From Dirinaria sp. TL-2023a (Eukaryota): DNA of 55,934 bases. Below, piece by piece: positions 51,140 through 55,934 of the stretch. Each line of letters begins with the position of its first letter. Position 1 is the stretch's first letter. Below the pieces are notes generated by a model. It was given only the letters and a program-made list of their open reading frames with translations. It did not search any database and was not told where the DNA came from. The translations under genes and the position numbers were made by a program. The DNA lies in the NCBI GenBank assembly GCA_051941275.1, contig JAVEBF010000015.1:1-55934 (forward strand), read 5' to 3'.

Positions 51140-51918
51140 GTTGCTCGGATCTTTTCTATGGAGCAGATGCAGAGAAGGTGTTCTCGCGCAAGTAGTGGAA
51201 CATGCAGCATTGACAATAGTATCTCCATAGCAATAGCAACGGCAGCTCTACCGTGAGATACATACCTTCCTTTACACGCGTCCACAGCACCATAGCAAGC
51301 CGACATCGGGGACTAAGGAATGATGAGGGATGAGGGGCGAGTGTAGGGGACTACCTTAGGGGTGCGGGCAGCCCACTATCTAATCTCCCAATCTAACTGA
51401 AGACAGGTAGGCTGGCGATTGGCGGATGGAAAGGCTCGGACGCTAAACAGTGTCTGCAGAATAATGACGAGCTCGGGGACTCGGCTCTTGACGTCTGAAT
51501 CTACAATCGTCCAATCAAGTCGCCACTATCAACTCCGAATCACCGAACGTCGACCTTTATTTCCGTGCGCCAGTGGCAGATTCATTTGGATACTGGCAGT
51601 ACGCATGACCAATGGTGTAGGAGCGGTCATCAACATTACCCTACATACTGTACTTTTATCTACAAGCTCGGCCCGTCCAAAATGCTGGTCTTTCTCGCCC
51701 CCCAATATGTCCTGGTGGATGCTAATCGACTGCCATTGCTAATTGTGGGACTGTTCCAAAAGCTTCACAGCTTCACATCCGGCATCTGCCGCTTTGACCT
51801 GCTCAACAATCTTTGGTCGAATTCGCCGACACGCGCAACTGTTTTGCATGCTTGCCCAGTATTCGAGATGGATGTTCCATGACACGTCAGGAAGACTCTC
51901 TTCGACCGTGCTTGCGAC

Positions 51919-53880
51919 ATGGAGCCTGATGTCGAGAGAGCGATTGCTCCCTCCCCTCCCCCGCCCATAGACTTGCCAAATGGGAAACGCGCCAGCGGCG
52001 GCACTACTTCATCGCTATCTTCCCAGACCGCAGGGGGGAATGAGCATGAAGAACTTTGCGTGCACTCTACTGCCCCTTCAGCCGTCAACGAAGGAATAGA
52101 CAAGAACGATGAGAAGGACACTCGGCTGACCCTCGCAGCATCAGCCGCTTCTGAAAATCCTCCACCAGTTAAGGTTCCACGGTCAAAGAGAAGGGGCCTC
52201 TTTGCCCGCTTTGCTCTCCTTGCGGAGGTTGAGGAACCAAAGCACTACTCCCAAGGCACCAAGTGGTACATCACCTTCATCGTTGCTCTAGCGGCAGTCG
52301 CAGCTCCTTTGGGTAGCACAATCATTTTACGTACGATCCTTGGACGTCGATTACTTTTGGGTAAACGCTGATTTCTTACGTGTAGCATCACTGAATCAGA
52401 TCTCGGACGAGCTGAACTCCACACCAACAACGACCAATCTGTCAGTCGCATTCTACATGCTTGCCATGGCGATTTTCCCTCTTTGGTGGTCATCTTTCTC
52501 CGAGACTCTTGGAAGGCGGACTATATACATTATATCATTTACCCTTTTCCTCCTCTGGAACATTGTTGCTGCGGTCTCAAAAAATGTTGCCATGTTCGTC
52601 ATCATGCGATTACTTGGTGGTGGAGCTGCTGCGAGCGTTCAATCAGTGGGAGCGGGGACAATAGCTGATGTTTGGGAAGTGCGGGAGCGCGGACGAGCGA
52701 TGGGAATCTACTACCTAGGACCGTTGATGGGGCCTCTCTTTGCGCCAATCATTGGAGGAGTCCTAGGTGAGAAGTTGGGCTGGCGAAGTACACTTTGGGC
52801 GCTCGTGATATATGGCGGAGTGCTGCTGGTATTCCTAGTCTTCGCTCTGCCAGAAACTCTCAACGCTCGCCAACCAGGATCCCAAGAACTTGCAGGGGAT
52901 TTGGAAGCCCCGCGACCAACATTGAGCAGGACCAGTTCTCGACAGGTTGCAAAGCAGAGAACCAAAAAAGGCATCAAATGGCTTAAGCGAGCGTTCATCG
53001 ACCCTCTCAAAATTATACTATATCTTCGCTTTCCGGCTGTGGCGGTCACCGTCTACTACGCGTCCATAACCTTTGGTTCCTTATATCTCCTGAACATCAG
53101 TCTGCAGACCACTTTTTCGAAAGCCCCCTACAGTTTCAGTACTATTATCCTCGGCCTTACCTATATCCCGAATTCCATCGGTTATGTCATTTCGAGTTTG
53201 CTCGGAGGCAAATGGATTGACACGATCATGAGACGCAAAGCAGAGCGCGCCGCTGATCGACGTAAGGAGAAAGGCAAGCTAGTCTACCTACCTGAAGATC
53301 GCATGCGTGGTGGCACATGGATTGCTGGTTTGCTGTACCCTAGCGCACTGATCTGGTATGGTTGGACGGCCGAGAAGGGGGTGGTTTGGCCTGTTCCCGT
53401 TGGTCTCACTCCCTCGCATTCGAGTGAATTAACTTTCCCACCCCCATCAACCACCCTTCTCACTCAGGGTAGCGCCTTCGCTCTTTCTCTGATTCAAGGG
53501 CTCTGCTAACTCTCATTTTCCAGCTGATTGCCAATTTCTTCTTCGGTCTCGGCTCGATGCTCATTTTCGCCACATGCACCACGATGCTCACCGAATTCAT
53601 GCCCCGTAAGGCCTCTTCAGGCGTGGCAGCCAACAATTTTGTTCGGAACATATTTTCCTGCATCGGCGCCATCGTGGCCGAACCCCTCATCAACGCTATC
53701 GGAAATGGCTGGCTGTTCACGGGAGTAGGCGTTATTGCGTTGGCCAGTGGAAGTGTATTCTGGATTCTCAGGAGGTATGGACCGAGGTACGTAAATACCG
53801 ATGAGCTCTTGACCCAAGGAAATGCACTGATAGCGGTTGGGTCCAGGTGGAGAAAAAGCATGGATGCGAACATGGAATAG
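51919..53880 (+). CDS. MFS drug:H+ antiporter, DHA1 family (Qdr/Dtr1-like), probably 3 introns
   Basis: PLWWSSFSETLGRRTIY, GAGTIADVWEVRERGRAMG, GPLMGPLFAPIIGG, LPET, PEDRM, ANNFVRN. Introns 52331-52385, ~53399-53523, ~53788-53847. Confidence 0.92.
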
Positions 53881-54535
53881 ATGGCATCTAGATTCTACCT
53901 GCAGATTTGGCCTGCAAACCAGACACGTAATAAAGCTCATAGCAGACGAGTCTTCCATTAAGCGCTGATTTGGATGTTTGGGAGTCTGCGATTGACGAAT
54001 GACGCATTGTTATATAAATCTTGGTCAGGTAAATACAGTCAGTATCTTCTATAAAACGTACCTTACAGTATACGGGACACTGTAGTTGGAGAATTGGTAG
54101 ACCAAATAACATAAGCATTTAATTGCGCCATCTTGAATATTGTTGATCAGATTTCCGATGCCGGAATCGCGTGGGTGATGCACAAAATAAAGTCAAATTT
54201 CCTCGTGACGGAGGCGCACAATCAAGCTTCCGGGTTTTATGTATCATAATAATAATAGAGAGCTGGAGGATTCCACGTTAAATTTCCAGCGCTCTTCCCA
54301 ATTACCAGTCCGTGGCATTCGACAAATATTGAACATTCAGCCATACAAATAACTTACGTACAGTAGTCATGGCCCTTGCTGCTGCTATTCTGCGACTCCC
54401 CACTTGTACATTGTTGACCCCGCCTTGATAGCGGCGGAGTTAGTTCGTCAAGGGATACTCTACTCCGTACTCCTACACACACCGAGAGCTTCAGAGTTTT
54501 GAACAAAGCACCTCATCCACTCCAAGAAACGAACA

Positions 54536-55366
54536 ATGGCCTTTCGCCGACCGATAGCCGCTTGCTTCATCCGCTCCTCCTTACTGTTCTTGCTCCTATC
54601 AACAGTGTTCCCCCACAGCTCTCTCGCACAATCAACAACAGCCGGGTCAAATCCGGTTACTCGGGCCTCTCCGGCTACACCCACTCCACTTGCAGCATCA
54701 ACGCTCAGCACCGGCGCGTCTGCAACAAGTACACGCGCCTCGCACGGCGGCCTCAGTTCTCCAGTGCCTAGCGACAGATATGCCTCCGAATTCTCCCTCC
54801 CCACCAACATCCGCTCCTCCAGCGGCGGCTTTCTGCTCCCGACTGATCTGGATTCGAGCCCTACCCCTTCTTCCCGTCCTTCCAACGACGACGACGACGA
54901 CGGCGACGGTGACGACGACGATTCCCCCTCCGGCGTGCTGAACTACTACTTCCTCCTCATCGCCATCTTCATCATCATCGTCATCACCGCGTACTGCTGC
55001 ATCTCACGTCGAAGGAGGAGGAAAATCACCCAACTACGCAACAACCGCCAGGATGCACTGGCGCAGGATTTGGAAAGCTGGTCGGGGACTCGACGGTGGA
55101 TCATCGCTGGGCGGTGGAGAACCGCAGCGCCGGAACCGAGGGTCGAGGAGGGGTTGAATGAGAGGGGGGAGGCGCCTCCACCATATATGCCGCAGATGCC
55201 GGAGCCCAGCCATACTACTGGTGCCGGTAGGACGAGCGACGGGATCGAATTGAGGGATGTGAGAAAGCCGCCGGAGTACGAAGCCGGGACATTTTCGTCC
55301 AAGCCTGAGGAACGGGGGACGAGCGGGGAGAGGATGACTGAAGACGATCTGAATGGGCGCCGGTAG
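54536..55366 (+). CDS. Single-pass membrane protein with S/T-rich ectodomain and cytosolic PPxY motifs
   Basis: Signal peptide, S/T-rich stalk, Asp run, TM segment YYFLLIAIFIIIVITAYCC followed by RRRRRK, then EGLNERGEAPPPY and PPEY. Confidence 0.8.
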   Translation: MAFRRPIAACFIRSSLLFLLLSTVFPHSSLAQSTTAGSNPVTRASPATPTPLAASTLSTGASATSTRASHGGLSSPVPSDRYASEFSLPTNIRSSSGGFLLPTDLDSSPTPSSRPSNDDDDDGDGDDDDSPSGVLNYYFLLIAIFIIIVITAYCCISRRRRRKITQLRNNRQDALAQDLESWSGTRRWIIAGRWRTAAPEPRVEEGLNERGEAPPPYMPQMPEPSHTTGAGRTSDGIELRDVRKPPEYEAGTFSSKPEERGTSGERMTEDDLNGRR

Positions 55367-55934
55367 CGTGCATGTTGATCGAGGGATGACGGTGGAATCA
55401 ACGTCGAAATCACACGCTCACTAACAGGCAGCAATGTGTTCGTCTGCCGCAGCGCACTCTATTGAATAACCGATCCCCCAACCCTCTTGTCAGGAACGAC
55501 AGAAAGTAAATCATTCCCTTCTTACCAGCGATAGGGCCAGCATTGAGTGCACTGTTATTCAGCAAAAATTTTATGGAGGTCTTGATCCGAAGCGTGGAAC
55601 GAATCTCCGATCCTATCCTCCTCTAATCAAAGCCAGCATGTTTTATTCTTCTTACAATGCATGCGAGAGCCGCTCAGCCATTATTAAGTCATAGATAGGT
55701 AGTAGTTTAGAAGCCTCTTCTGATGATGTGCTACCTTACCAAGCAGTTAATAGGCTTCAACAAAATTCTAGATCGTAATTAACGATCGCAGATAGATTTT
55801 ATTCGGCGTGTTTAATGCACTGATCATCGAATATCATCCTGTTCCCTACCTCGTGGCATACGTATCAAGTAGCCTGAATCATAAAATTTATCTTCCCCCC
55901 CCCACTTCCCCAAAAGGAAAATACCAAATTAAAG

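Overview
Eukaryotic DNA from a filamentous ascomycete (short spliceosomal introns with CTRAC branch sites, intron-containing tRNA). A lichen-forming Lecanoromycete-like host is my tentative impression, not proven. Conserved genes sit at the flanks: an EI24/Lds-like membrane protein and SPF27/BCAS2 on the left; ICL1, OTU2, a thiol/halide methyltransferase, a DHA1 MFS transporter and a PPxY membrane protein on the right. Between them (~11-41 kb) is an accessory-looking tract with a HeLo/SesA-like-ankyrin gene, tRNA-Ala(AGC), orphan genes, a decayed UPF1/DNA2-like helicase with zinc knuckles, a NACHT NLR broken by two amber stops, and a frameshifted ART/DUF3990-like gene. The best candidate for something new is a complete 2.35-kb non-autonomous copia-type LTR element (LTRs, 5-bp TSD, half-tRNA PBS, PPT) that has lost gag/pol and carries a C2H2 zinc-finger/coiled-coil ORF. 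This element and the dead helicase also show an apparent CC/GG-targeted, non-canonical RIP-like mutation signature. All calls were made by eye, without database searches.
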